A DNA stretch of 64,000 nt, taken from contig OX597825.1 in assembly GCA_951406725.2 (NCBI GenBank), forward strand, positions 21,390,001-21,454,000, written 5' to 3'. This DNA comes from Octopus vulgaris (taxonomy: Eukaryota). Made by a program: the position numbers and the translations under genes. The notes under the pieces were generated by a model, which ran no database searches, was not told the origin of the DNA, and saw only the letters and a program-made list of their open reading frames with translations. The first letter of the stretch is position 1; each line of letters begins with the position of its first letter. Shown here in pieces: positions 12,660-26,084 of the stretch.

Positions 12660-12990
12660 TGCCTTTCATCCTTTCGGGGTCGATAAATTAAGTACCAGAT
12701 ACGTACTGGGATCGATGTAATTGACTTAATCCCTTTGTCTGTCCTTGTTTGTCCCCTCTATGTTTAGCCCCTTGTGGGCAATAAAGAAATAAGAAACGTT
12801 AGCACGCCGGGCGAAATGCCTAGCTGTACTTCGTCTGTCATTATGTTTTGAATTCAAATTCTGCCGAGGTCTACTTTGCCTTACATCCTTTCGGGGTCTA
12901 TAAATTAAGTACCAGTTGCGTACTGGGGTCGATCTAATCGGCTATCCCCCTCCTCTCAAATTTCGGGCCTTGTGCCTAGAGTGGAAAAGA
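12660..12990 (+). mobile_element. SINE family B dimer
   Basis: GCCTTTCATCCTTTCGGGGTCGATAAATTAAGTACCAG block occurs twice. Confidence 0.8.
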
Positions 12991-13363
12991 ATATTGCTCA
13001 TACTAATATTCATTTATACACTTTATTTATACACTTATTATCTATACACTTAGTTGCTAATTTAGCACCCATTGTTATCGCTAACCAAAATAGAAGTCTC
13101 TATATCAGACGTGGACTGCTTTTTTACGAGAAGCGGGCCGCATGGGACTTGACCCATCAGCAGGCGGGCCGCACTACTAAAAAGATTGAAACTAATTATT
13201 TCTTAGGCGTGCCATTCAGAAAGTCGCTCGAGCTGCAGTTTGCTCATACTGCCATATGTCATCGCATGAGCTGCTAGAAATAGCAGTCAGTTTCCTCTAA
13301 ATCACACTTTTCTATCTTGAAAGAAGGAAAGGATACATTAGATAATGTAATCTTTGATATATA

Positions 13364-13789
13364 GGCGCAGGAGTGGCCGTGTGGTAAGTAACTTGCTTAC
13401 CAACCACATGGTTCCGGGTTCAGCCCCACTGCGTGGCACCTTGGGCAACTGTCTTCTACTATAGTCTCGGGCCGACCAAAGCCTTGTGAGTGGATTTGGT
13501 AGACGAAAACTGAAAGAAGCCCGTCGTATATATGTATATATATATGTGTGTGTGGATGTGTTTGTGTGTCTGTGTTTGTCCCCCCCCACCAACATCGCTT
13601 GACAGCCGATGGTGGTGTGTTTACGTCCCCGTAACTTAGCGGTTCGGCATAAGAGACCGATAGAACCGATAGAATAAGTACTAGGCTTACAGAGAATAAG
13701 TCCTGGGGTCGATTTTCTCGACTAAAGGCGGTGCTCCATCATGGCCGCAGTCAAAATGATTGAAACAAGTAAAAGAGATTAAAAGAGTA
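13364..13789 (+). mobile_element. tRNA-derived SINE family A, full length
   Basis: GGCGCAGGAGTGGCCGTGTGGTAAG head, GGTTCAGCCCC B box, internal (TA/TG)n, (AAAAGAGT)n tail; many copies in the window. Confidence 0.9.
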
Positions 13790-14032
13790 TATACCTATGT
13801 AGACGGTCAAATTGGAATGGTTTTGATCATGGACTTGTTCCATCAGTCTGAGCTTTTGTTAATTTTTAGACCCTTCCTCAATGAATTCGTAATTGTGAGA
13901 AACTGTTGATAGCCGTCACCAATGTTTTCCTCCACATTTCTTCACAGCATAAAAGAGTGGTCGAGATGAAAGAAAACCCAGAAGAGGTTTGAAGAGCACT
14001 GTTCTAACAGTTACGTTCCATTTCTTTTACAG

Positions 14033-14133
14033 GTTGCATTTTGGGAGGGAAATCATACAAATTAGAAGAAAAATGGAGTTTGGAAATGGAGGAAGCGGAC
14101 ATGAAGTACTGTGTCAAGTGTACATGTTTTCCG
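14033..14133 (+). CDS. Internal coding exon (phase 1 to phase 0), N-terminal half of a chordin-type VWC (CR) domain; probable chordin/sog or chordin-like gene
   Basis: Branch-like TTCTAAC (~14002), TTTCTTTTACAG acceptor, CCG|GTGAGT donor. The 101 bp encode (G)CILGGKSYKLEEKWSLEMEEADMKYCVKCTCFP, similar to chordin CR1 GCxFGGKxYxLxExW...CVxCxC. Confidence 0.8.
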
Positions 14134-14923
14134 GTGAGTAGCAGACTGACCATATCGTTTGTTTATTTATTTAAGAAAGGTTGTTTTCAGGGTCGTGAAA
14201 GAAAGAAAAATCGCTTTGGTTTCCTCTTCATGTTGTTCCAGTAACTGACACAAGTTCCATTTCAAACTTCAAAAGAAATTTCATAATTTCGTCTTTCCAT
14301 GCTTTTGGTACTCTCCTTTGATGGCATTCACTGGCTATTGGCATGTGACGCTCGCTTGGATAAATACAAGAAAACCCTAAATCAAAGAATTGAAAGAAAA
14401 ACAAAGAATTTTACCAGCACACGCGTTACACTCACACATCTCCTCTAGGACATGCGCTACGATGCACATACGCATATACACTCGTACATACACTATGTAT
14501 GTATGTATGTATGTATCTATATATGTTATATATATGTGTGTGTATAATTATACATATATATGATGTATATATAATATAGATTATATATATGTATAATATA
14601 TATATGTATATATAATAATATATATATTATATATAGCATATATACATGTACATACATTTATCATATATATATATATATATTTAAATATTTATTTATTTAT
14701 ACTCCATATATAATATATGTATATACATATATGTACATATATACGTACCGTATATAATATTTGTACATATATCATATATGGTATATGCATAGTATATGTT
14801 ATAGATATATAATATATATATACATATATATAGTATGTATTTCATATAATATATGTATAAAATAAGACAGTATATATGGTATATCTATATATTATATTAT
14901 TTATATATGTAACACGTATATAC

Positions 14924-14968
<45 letters not shown>

Positions 14969-15369
14969 CACACACATATATATATACATAAATATACACA
15001 CACAGTCACATATGTATAATGCATATTTATACACATATATGCATATGTGTGTCTCTGCGTGTGTGAGTGTGTGTTATATAAATGCACGAACGTCTGAGGT
15101 GTGTGAGTGGGTTTAAGTGCATGTGTGAGTCAGTGTACGTGTGTACCTATAATTAGATATACATACGTATTAATGTTCTATATTAGTTTAATATTTTATT
15201 AGTTTATCACATGCAACATTGTGTTGAACATGCTTAATGTTGTGGGTTCGCTGTTCTCTCAAGCAACGCCATATACTTACGTACATTTTTTTATACACGC
15301 ACACACAAATACACTCATATATATATATGTTTGTATATATATATATGTTTGTATATATATATATATGTT

Positions 15370-15405
<36 letters not shown>

Positions 15406-15444
15406 CGTGTATGTATGTATACAGACAAACACAGACACAGACAT

Positions 15445-15531
<87 letters not shown>

Positions 15532-15699
15532 GATGACTATGTTTACGTGTAGTTGAGTTCTTCTATGTAGGTGTTGGTTTTCCTTTGCAACTCCCTAGAG
15601 TCGTTAAAATAATAACGTATCGCTGTCAGCTGAAGTGGCTTTACTTGTGTAACCATCGGGAAATGAATTTAATACTGCTGTCAACAGAAATATTTTATA

Positions 15700-16905
15700 T
15701 TTGGGGTCGATGTAATCGACTAACCCGCTCCCCTTAAAGATTCTTGGCCTTGTGCCTGAGTTTGAAACAATAATGCGGCGAGCTGTCAGAATCGTTAGTA
15801 CGCCGGGAAAATGTTTAGCGGCATTTCGCTAGTGTTTATGTTCCGAGTTCAAACACAGCTGAAGTCGACTTTGCCTTTCATACTCTCGAGGTTAATAAGA
15901 TGAGTAGAAACTGAGTACTGGGTCAATGTAATCGACTTATCACCTGAAAGTGCTGATCTTTTGCCAAAATTTGAAACCGTTTTTATTATTTGTTCCGCTC
16001 TTTGCATTTCGATTTCAAATCCCGACAGTGTCTACGTTGCTTTTAATCTTTCTGCGAACGATAAAATACAGTACCAGTGAAATACTGGAATCGGTGGTTA
16101 GAGCGTCGAGCTTACGATCTTGAGGTTGCGAGTTCGAATCCCGGATCGGGCTGCGTGTTGTGTTCTTGAGCAAGACACTTTATTTCACGTTGCTCCAGTT
16201 CACTCAGCTGTAGAAATGAGTTGCGACGTCACAGGTGCCAAGCTGTATTAGCCTTTGCCTTTCCCTTGGATAACACTGGTGCCGTGAAGAGGGGGAGGCC
16301 GGTATGCATGGGCAACTGTTGGTCTTCCATAAACAACCTTGCCCGGACTTGTGCCTGAGAGGGTAACTTTCTTGGTGCAATCCCACGGTCAATTATGACC
16401 GAAGGGGGTCTCAGAATTAATTAATTAATTAATTAATTAATTAATTATTATTATTATTGTTATCATTAAGGTGGCGAGCTGGTGGAATCGATAGCACGCT
16501 GGGCGAAATGCTTAGCGGAATTTCATCCATCTTTACGTCCTGAGTTCAAAATCCGCCGAGGTCGACTTTGTCTTTCATTCTTTCAGGCTCAATAAATTAA
16601 GTACCAGTGAAACACTTGGGTCTATGTAATCGACTAGTCACCTCTCGCAAAATTTCAGGCCTTGTGCCTTTAACAGAATGGATCATTATTATTACAGGCA
16701 AGCAAACAGAATCGTTAACATGCGGGCAAGATGCTTAGCGGTATTTCGTCTGCCGATACGTTCAGGGTTCAAATTCCGCTGAAGTTGACTTTGCCTTTCA
16801 TCCCTTCAGGATCGATAAAATAAGTAGCAGTTGAGTGCTGGGGTCGATGTAATCGACTTGCCCTACCTCCCCGGAAATTGCAGGCCTTGTGGCAAAATTT
16901 GAAAC
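15700..16905 (+). mobile_element. Cluster of diverged family B SINEs with a nested family-C-related SINE (about 16093-16410)
   Basis: Repeated GGCGAGCTGGCAGAA heads; the nested element has GGTTAGAGCG/GAGTTCGAATCC boxes and the TTGTGTTCTTGAGCAAGACAC core. Confidence 0.75.
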
Positions 16906-17396
16906 CATTATAATTTATTAGTAGTCGTAGATGGTAATTTTGGTAGTAATGGTGATAATTGGTATTTAGTAATTGTTATTTACTTGTAAGGTCAGAGTAT
17001 TTAGTTTTGCATGCATAATGTACTACCAAGAATATATTAAAGGTTTATGAGTCAATATTGAAGCTTGCTTTTGTGTTAGCAGTGCGATGTTTTTATTTTT
17101 AGGTTTATCTCTACATATTTTTTATAGCGTTCAGAACTAGCATCGGAAGTGAATACGTCTATGTAAATAAAGCGATCAAAGATAGAAATAACATAGAAAC
17201 TTCGTAACTTTCTGTGGTGGCTCTGAACTCTATAGACAAATCTGCAGTGATAAACTTTAACAACTAGTATATGTGGTAGTTATAATGTTAATGAAACAGT
17301 AGCAGTAGTTGTAGAACAAGGGTATACGAAACCAATTTCAAAGCTAACCATTGGAGTGGAGGTGTAACACGAAAACGATGTGGAGGAAAATATGAA

Positions 17397-17457
<61 letters not shown>

Positions 17458-17684
17458 AGTGTGTATGTGTGTGTGTGTGTGTGTGTTTGTGTGTGTGTGC
17501 GTAAAAATTATAATTTAGGATATCTAAGAGATACAACCACGCTGGAAATAGCAGCCAAAAGTTGACTCTAAAACCACAGAATTATCCATTAATATTTTGC
17601 TAGTTTATTTTGTCCTTTTGTCTTCTCTCCTAGTACTGTATGAACATTTAATGTGGTTTTAGATTTATGTATATGTATATATAC

Positions 17685-17875
17685 AGTCGCCATGATTGCC
17701 CGCTAAATCCATTAGTTTTTTTTAATTCTCTCTCTGTTTATTTCCTCGTGTTCCTTTCTGTTGAAGAGCGTAGGCTCGAAACGTAAAAGACTTTCTCCCC
17801 TTCCCGAGCGTCAAACTAATACACATGCTTGCTGTTTATACACCTGTCTTCGTCTTTGGTTTTTCTGCAAATTTC

Positions 17876-17880
<5 letters not shown>
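17685..17880 (+). mobile_element. HHR-bearing repeat family H1, copy 2 (motif 17754-17789), followed by (TA)n
   Basis: CTTT-CTGTTGA-A-GAGC-GTAG-GCTC-GAAA-CG-TA-AAAG. Confidence 0.65.
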
Positions 17881-17950
<70 letters not shown>

Positions 17951-18402
17951 GTGGAGCAAATTTGCATGATAAACAGACATTGATACCTGTGATTATCTGT
18001 TTTTGAAATATGAAACAATGTAGACATTTAAACGTTTCGTAAAGGATTTCTAGTATTATAGAAATATAAATTGTGGCTTTTTATATTACTGTAAACATAT
18101 ATGTATTTGGTACAATAGAAGTACGTAAAACTACATCCAATACTATTTACATTTACAATACATTTACAACGTGACAAAGACAGAAATCATTTCAACCTTA
18201 TATTCATTATTACCATTTCTTAACTTTTTAACATAATTTTTTTCATATCCTGTACTATCACCCCCAGTAATCTGAGTCAGTTTGATGCCAGTTAATTAAT
18301 ATATTTAGATGAGTAAAAACGTATATTGATCAGCATGCGAAGTTGAATGTGCTGTATATTTTAAGATTGGGATTAATATTTAAGAAATAGATATATATAA
18401 AT

Positions 18403-18800
18403 AGAGTGGCTGTGTGGTGAGTATCTTGCTTACGAACCACATGGTTCCGGGTTCGGTCCCACTGCGTCGCACCTTGGGCAGGTGTCTTCTACTGTAGCCT
18501 CGGGCCGACCAAAGCCTTGTGAGTGGATTTGGTAGACGGAAACTGAAAGAAGCCCGTCGTATATATGTATATGTATATATGTGTGTGTTTGTGTGTGTCT
18601 GTGTTTGTCCCCCCAACATCGCTTAACAACTGATGGTGGTGTGTTTACGTCCCCGTAACTTAGCGGTTCATCAAAAGAGACCGGTAGATTAAGTACTTGG
18701 CTTACAAAGAATAAGTCCTAGGGTCGATTTGTTCGACTAAAGGCGGTGCTCCAGCATGACCACAGGCATGACTGAAACAAGTAAAAGAGTAAAAGAGTAA
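18403..18800 (+). mobile_element. SINE family A
   Basis: Colinear with 13364-13789. Confidence 0.9.
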
Positions 18801-18864
18801 ATTAATAAAAGGAGGTCTTTTTCTATATATACATAGTTTAGTATGTAGTTTTACGTACTTCTTA

Positions 18865-19171
18865 TTAACGTGCAAGTGGCTGAGCACTCCACAGACACGT
18901 GTACCCCTAACGCAGTTCTCGGGGAGATTCAGCGTGACACAGAGTGCGACAAGGATGGACGTTTGAAATACAGGTACAACAGAAACAGGAAGAAAAAGTG
19001 AAAGTTGTGGTGGAAGAATAAAGCAGGGATCCCCACCACACCCTGCCGGAGCATCGTGGAGTTTTAGACGTTTTCGCTTAATAAACACTCACAACCCCCG
19101 TCTGGGAATCGAAACCGCGATCCTATGACCGCGAGTTCACTGCCCTAACCGCTGGGCCATTGCGCCTCCAC
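18865..19171 (-). mobile_element. tRNA-derived SINE family D
   Basis: Minus head GTGGAGGCGCAATGGCCCAGCGGTTAGGGCAG...GGTTTCGATTCC; partial copy at about 28995-29153. Confidence 0.8.
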
Positions 19172-19261
19172 GCATTTGGTTTAAGACAGGGATATAAAGC
19201 ATGTTTCGTTTAGTTATGATAAATCTCAATTCTTCATAATAGAACTCATTAAAGTAGTTCT

Positions 19262-19684
19262 TTACTCTTTTTACTCTTTTACTATTTTACTTGTTTCAGT
19301 CATTTGACTGCGGCCATGCTGGAGCACCGCCTTTAGTCGAGCAAATCGACCCGGCACTTATTCTTTGTAAGCCCAGTACTTATTCTATCGGTTTCTTTTG
19401 CCGAACCGCTAGGTGACGGGGACGTAAACACACCAGCATCGGTTGTCAAGCAATGCTAGAGGGACAAACACACACACACTCACACACACACATACATACA
19501 TACATATATATGTATATACATATATACGACAGGCTTCTTTCAGTTTCCGTCTACCAAATCCACTCACAAGGCATTGGTCGGCCCGGGGCTATAGCAGAAG
19601 ACACTTGCCCAAGATGCCACGTAGTGGGACTGAACCCGGAACCACGTGGTTGGTTAACAAGCTACTTACCACGCAGCCACTCCT
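19262..19684 (-). mobile_element. SINE family A
   Basis: Reverse complement of family A. Confidence 0.9.
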
Positions 19685-20032
19685 GACAACAAATTAAATT
19701 TTTCTTAAATTATCTAATTAAATGAACAGATGTATTTTTTTTTACACTTCAAAATTAATACTGTTGATTGCGGAAAGCTTTTGTAAGGGAACAAATTCAC
19801 AAAAGAAATCGGTTTATTAAGTAGTATAAAAGATCGCAATAATATGAATTGTTCAAAATCCAGAGTTTCGGGGGATCACAGGGCTATGTCCCTTCGACCT
19901 CCAGGTTTTTAATCAAGCTTCGGGTCCAACAGCTGCTCTCGGCGCTGCAGAATGTATATGTGTATAGGCCACCATGATAGAACATATATAAGCATGTATA
20001 TGTTAATACGTCAGACACATATACGCCTACAC

Positions 20033-20102
<70 letters not shown>

Positions 20103-20385
20103 GTTATCCGTCTTCATAGAGTGACTCAACTTTTGCTTATATAATTATCCAACAGCGATCTACCTCATTGCAAAAGTACACCACTACACCATACCCTGCC
20201 ATCCTACACAAAAGGAAACGAGTGTGTGTGTGTATATATATAAATATATATGTAGACATATAGACACATACACATGTGTGTGTGTTTCTGTGTGTTGTGT
20301 GTGTATATGTATATAGAAATATGGATGTGTATATTATACATGAATGTAAAATACAATATGCGTATATGCATCTCTTTCTCTCTTT

Positions 20386-20446
<61 letters not shown>

Positions 20447-20631
20447 TGTATATATATATATATATATATATATATGAGTGTGTGTAGTGTGCGTGCGTGT
20501 GTAATATGCATATATACAAACATATATATTTGTAAATGCATGTGTGTGTATGTGTAATATGAAAGTCGAATAGGAAAAAGACAAGCAAAGAAAGAAAATT
20601 GATAATTGAAAAAATATAAACATACACACAC

Positions 20632-20666
<35 letters not shown>

Positions 20667-20667
20667 T

Positions 20668-20732
<65 letters not shown>

Positions 20733-20818
20733 CGTATATATATATATGTATATATATATATATGTATGTATATACGTATATATATATATGTATATATATA
20801 TATATGTATGTATATACG

Positions 20819-20849
<31 letters not shown>

Positions 20850-20864
20850 GTATATGCATACATG

Positions 20865-20906
<42 letters not shown>

Positions 20907-20937
20907 TACATCTATGTGTATATATATATATATATAA

Positions 20938-20972
<35 letters not shown>

Positions 20973-21344
20973 ACATAGAAAACAAAGTAGAAACGGGGAG
21001 AGAAAAAAACCGCAGAAAAACAAAACTAATTGACTCTGCTTAGGAAGTGCCGTATTTTCTCAGGTGGCAGCTTTTCTTTGCCGTTGACTTTAACCTCCCC
21101 CATTCTTCCTTCTCTTCGTCTCTGTATGCACATGTCATATTATATTATATTAAGTTACATAAGCTTCGTCTTCGAAAAATTACTTGGTGTTATTATTAGT
21201 CCTGTAACAACTAGGGCGGTAGAGGATGGAAGAATTCGTATGAAGTGCCGTAACAAATGCTTGAGAGTGTTTTTGTTTGGTGTATCTGTGTTGCTGAGTT
21301 CAGTCTCCACTCGAGTAGTGTTTAGCACAAATGTATGATCAGTG

Positions 21345-21703
21345 GTGGAAGCGCGTGGCTTAGTGGTTAGGGTGTCAGCACTATGATCGTAAGATTGTTG
21401 GTTTCGATTCCTCGACCGGGCGACGCGTTGTGTTCTTGAGCAAAATACTTCATTTCACGTTGCTCCAGTTCACTCAGCTGGCAAAAATGAGTTACGCTGC
21501 GATGGACTGGCATCCCGTCCAGCTGGAGAACACATACGCCATAGAAACCGAGAAACCGGGCCCATGAGCCTGGCTAGGCTTTAAAAGGGTCCATTCATTT
21601 ATGCGATGGACTGGCATCCCGTCCAGCTGGGGGGAACACATACGCCATTGAAACCGGGAAACCAGGCCCATGAGTCTGGCTAGGCTTTAAAAGGGCGCAT
21701 TTA
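21345..21703 (+). mobile_element. SINE family C with duplicated 3' ~100 bp
   Basis: Matches 2709-2963; TGCGATGGACTGGC...GGCTTTAAAAGGG occurs twice in tandem. Confidence 0.85.
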
Positions 21704-22249
21704 TTTTTATTATAATGTATGATCAATGACCGGGGTCAATGAAATCAAGAATACCACTACCCAGATGTAAGTATAGTATACCCCCACCCTGTGTAATTTG
21801 AATAATTTCTATAATAAAACTTGTGCTACGTCGGTTATAACGATGAGGCTTTCAGTGGATACGATCAACGGAACAGCCTGGTCGTGAATGGCTGAGCACA
21901 CCGCAAACACGCGTACCCTTAACGTTGTTCTCAGTAAGATTTAGCCTGACACGGCATGTGCCAGGGGTGGCCCTTCGAAATACAGGTACAACTCAGTTTT
22001 GCCAGCTGGTTGGACTGAAATAGAATGTCTTGTTCAGTGCACAGCTGAGTATCGAATTCACGACCCTATGATTAGGAACCAAATATATTAGCCACTAAGC
22101 CACAAGCATTCACTCAATTTCACAATAGCAAAGGAGGCGCGGTTGATGAAAGGACAGGCTGTGTTAAATATGTACTGGATGGGCAGAACTGTGAGAACTT
22201 GATGTATTTCGGGCCTTGTGCCTATAGTAGAAAAGAATATTTTTTTAAA

Positions 22250-22548
22250 GAAGGTGAGCTGGTAGAAACGTTAGCACGCCGGGCGAAATGCTTAGCGGTA
22301 TTTCGTTGCCGCTACGTTCTGAGTTCAAATCCGCCGAGGTCGACTTTGCCTTTCATCCTTTCGGGGTCGATTAAATAGGTACCAGTTACGCACTGGGGTC
22401 GATATAATCAACTTAATCCGTTTGTCTGTCCTTGTTTGTCCTCTCTGTGTTTAGCTCCTTGTGGGTAGTTAACAAATAGGTATTTCGTCTGACGCTACGT
22501 TCTGAGTTCAAATTCCACCGAGGTCGACTTTGCCTTTCATCCTTTCGC
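22250..22548 (+). mobile_element. SINE family B (about 1.3 units)
   Basis: Family B head and body. Confidence 0.85.
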
Positions 22549-22559
22549 TAGGGACGAAA

Positions 22560-22775
22560 TGTTCACTCAGCTGTAAAGCTCCTGGTTTTAAACGTATCGC
22601 GAAAGGCCTGGTTGCAGGCCCAAACTTCCGAGTACAAGACAGAAAAAACTGAAGGACCGCTGCAATAAGAGTGTGTGAATCTGAGAAAGGAATATATTGG
22701 ATAAAATCATAATTATATGATCCTCCAGAATTTTCTTTTACCCTAAGCCAGGAGCTTTTCAGCATCCCCTCGTAC
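22560..22775 (+). mobile_element. Mariner-like 3' end with terminal inverted repeat
   Basis: Ends AAGCCAGGAGCTTTTCAGCATCCCCTCG|TA (mariner-type TIR plus TA), preceded by a KDRCNK...EYI* remnant like the transposase C-terminus. Confidence 0.5.
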
Positions 22776-22892
22776 ATACATATACAGATATAGATATATA
22801 TGTGCATATATTTATATCTATATATATGTGTGTATATATATGTATATGCATATGTAAGTATATATATATATATGAATCTATCAATATGTATA

Positions 22893-23300
22893 GGCGTAGG
22901 AGTGGCTGTGTGGTAAGTAGCTTGCTTACCAGCCACATGGTTCCGGGTTCAGCCCCATTGCGTGGCATCGTGGGCAAGTGTCTTCTACAATAGCCTCGGG
23001 CTGACCAAAGACTTGTGAGTAGATTTAGTAGACGGAAACTGAAGGAAGCCTGTCGTAAATATATGCATATATATGTGTGTGTGTGTGTGTGTATGTTTGT
23101 GTCTGTTTGTGCCCCCAGCATCGCTTGACAACCGATGCTGGTGTGTTTACGTCCCCGTAACTTAGCGGTTCGGCCAAAGAGACAGATAGAATAAATATTA
23201 GGCTTACAAAGAATATGTCCTGGGGTCGATTTGCTCGACTAAAGGCGGTGCTCCAGCATGGCCACAGTCACATGACTGAAACAAGTAAAAGAGTAAAAAA
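22893..23300 (+). mobile_element. SINE family A
   Basis: Colinear with 13364-13789. Confidence 0.9.
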
Positions 23301-24302
23301 AGCATATGTGTATCTATGTACTTTTATTCTCACATACATAATATGTTCGTACGTATGTATTTATGCATACAGGTATGTATGTATATATGTATTTATGCAT
23401 TTACGTAAGTATGTATGTATATATGTAGGTACGTATGTATATATATAGGTATGTATGTATGTATGGTTGTATGCATATATGTATGAATGCATGTATGTAC
23501 GTATGTACGTATGTGCATATATCACGTTGTTGAACCGTCTTCAAAAACTTAAGAGATACGGGGAAAATTAGTCTATACACAGACGAAAGTTTTAGCTTCA
23601 AACAAGACTAAACTTTACTACTTGTGATGAGCACTTAATCCTTATCGTTTGCACATCGTTTGTACATGTAAACGTATGTATGTGCCTGTATTTTTTTTTA
23701 TAAGTGTGTCTGTGTGTCGATGAAGGAAGGGTAAAGAAACTACAATACAACCGAAAGCATGAACCATTAATAGAAATACTGGATCTTTTAACTGCGATAT
23801 CAAACGTAAGCGTAATCTTCACATGCGGAAGTTAGTGTAATTTTCCTACAAACACATACATTAATAACATATACATACTTGTCTCCAAGACACTTGCCCG
23901 TCATTCGCTACTTTCATCGCCATCCTTTTCTCAGATCGAAACCAAAATGTCTGAATTTTGCTTACAAGCCAAGCAGAATATTTAGTCTGGCCAACACATC
24001 ATAAGATTTTTATAGTATACTTAAGTATATACATATCGAATGAAACGTTTTTGTCGTGTGTTTTCTATTATCTTATCAAATTTGTTTACTGAGATTGTTG
24101 TTATCTTGACACACGCATGGACATTTACGCGTACATGTACATACACACATACACATAGAAGCGTGCGTATATACATATATACACACATACATGTACCTGT
24201 GTACATCTATTAATAAAAGGTACATTTAAATGATCGTATATGTATGCATATATGTGAATTCAGATATTATTTTTACACACGCACAAAACAACTGTGTATA
24301 AC

Positions 24303-24379
<77 letters not shown>

Positions 24380-24425
24380 TATACACATACAAGTATACAG
24401 GTGCATACATACATCTGTACATACG

Positions 24426-24461
<36 letters not shown>

Positions 24462-24490
24462 ATGTGTGTAATATATATTTTCATTGCATA

Positions 24491-24543
<53 letters not shown>

Positions 24544-24544
24544 C

Positions 24545-24598
<54 letters not shown>

Positions 24599-24795
24599 CT
24601 GTAGCTATTCTATCTTACTGTCTGTTTTACATATAAGCATATATATATACATACATACACCATTCGTGTTTTACTGACTATATAGTAGCTGAAGTTGGCA
24701 ATTAACTGCTAATATTATCAACATCGAACAGGCAGCTGTTTCGATGCTTACTTTTGAAGATTCTTATTGGCGCCAAAGGAACAAATGACTGGTTT

Positions 24796-24826
<31 letters not shown>

Positions 24827-24832
<6 letters not shown>

Positions 24833-24933
24833 AACATATATACATATATACGTGCTTACAAATATATATATAGCATACATATATGAGCATATTTGTACAT
24901 GTGTGTGTGCGTGTGTGCGTACGTGTATGTATG

Positions 24934-24995
<62 letters not shown>

Positions 24996-25082
24996 TATAT
25001 ATATATATGCATATATATATATGCATATATATATATATGCATATATATATATATATATATATATGCATATATATATATATAT

Positions 25083-25127
<45 letters not shown>

Positions 25128-25229
25128 CATACACGTACGCACACACGCACACACACATGTACAACTATGCTCATATATGTATGTTATATATATATTTGTA
25201 AGCACGTATATATGTATATATGCTTGCAT
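24827..25229. repeat. Inverted duplication (~110-bp arms) around a (TA)n core
   Basis: ATACGTGCTTACAAAT...ATGAGCAT...GCGTACGTG is mirrored by CACGTACGC...ATGCTCAT...ATTTGTAAGCACGTAT. Confidence 0.9.
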
Positions 25230-25718
25230 TTATATACATATACATGTGTAAGTCTGTATGTATAGTGACGTTGGCATGGGTACCTGTGCACTTATGCATT
25301 TTTAGCTGTTTACATTCCTTTATTCTCAGTTTCCTATGTATTCTTCAATTCTTTCTTTTCCTCACGCAATGTATGTGTGCATATGTATGTGAGTGTGTGC
25401 ATATGTATGTGAGTGTGTGCATATGTATGTGAGTGTGTGGAGTGTGTGTCTATGTGCGTGCGTGCGTATGTGTGTGGGTATGTGTGTGTACTCTATGGAT
25501 ATAGTCTTTTACTCTTTTATTTGTTTCAGTCGTGTGACTGCGGCCATGCTGGGGCACCGCCTTTTAGTCGAAGAAATCGACGCCAGGGCTTATTCTTTGT
25601 ATGATTAGTACTTATTCTATCGGTGTCTTTTGCCGAACCGCTAAATTACGGGGACGTAAATATACTAGCATCGATTGTCAAGCGAGGGGGGACAAACACA
25701 GACGCAAAGACACACACA

Positions 25719-25780
<62 letters not shown>

Positions 25781-25785
<5 letters not shown>

Positions 25786-25980
25786 GCTACAGAAAATTAT
25801 TTCTATGCCAATATGCTGATAACAAACTTTTAAATCGTCAATTTCCACTTATTATTTACTCGCTACAGAAAACACGTAAAGCTGAAAACGTGGAAAGCCA
25901 GCCAATAGACTTTTTTGAATTGACGATTTAAAAGTCTGTTATCAGCATATTGGCATAGAAATAATTTTCTTTAGCCCTTA
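25781..25980. repeat. Hairpin, 63-bp arms with 2 mismatches, 74-nt loop, abutting (TA)n
   Basis: 25781-25843 versus 25918-25980. Confidence 0.92.
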
Positions 25981-26084
25981 TTTATAAATTGTTTATAATT
26001 TTAACCTTAAAGGTATTTTAATATTCTGCCACATTTTTTGATGGAATTTTTTTCTGTAAACATTCTATATTAGTAGTATATATA

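Noticed and set aside
20137-21043. Long ORFs rich in YI/CV/HT/LSIY (also 39557-40246, 53878-54597 and most of the ORF track)
   Set aside because: They are translations of microsatellites that lack stop codons.
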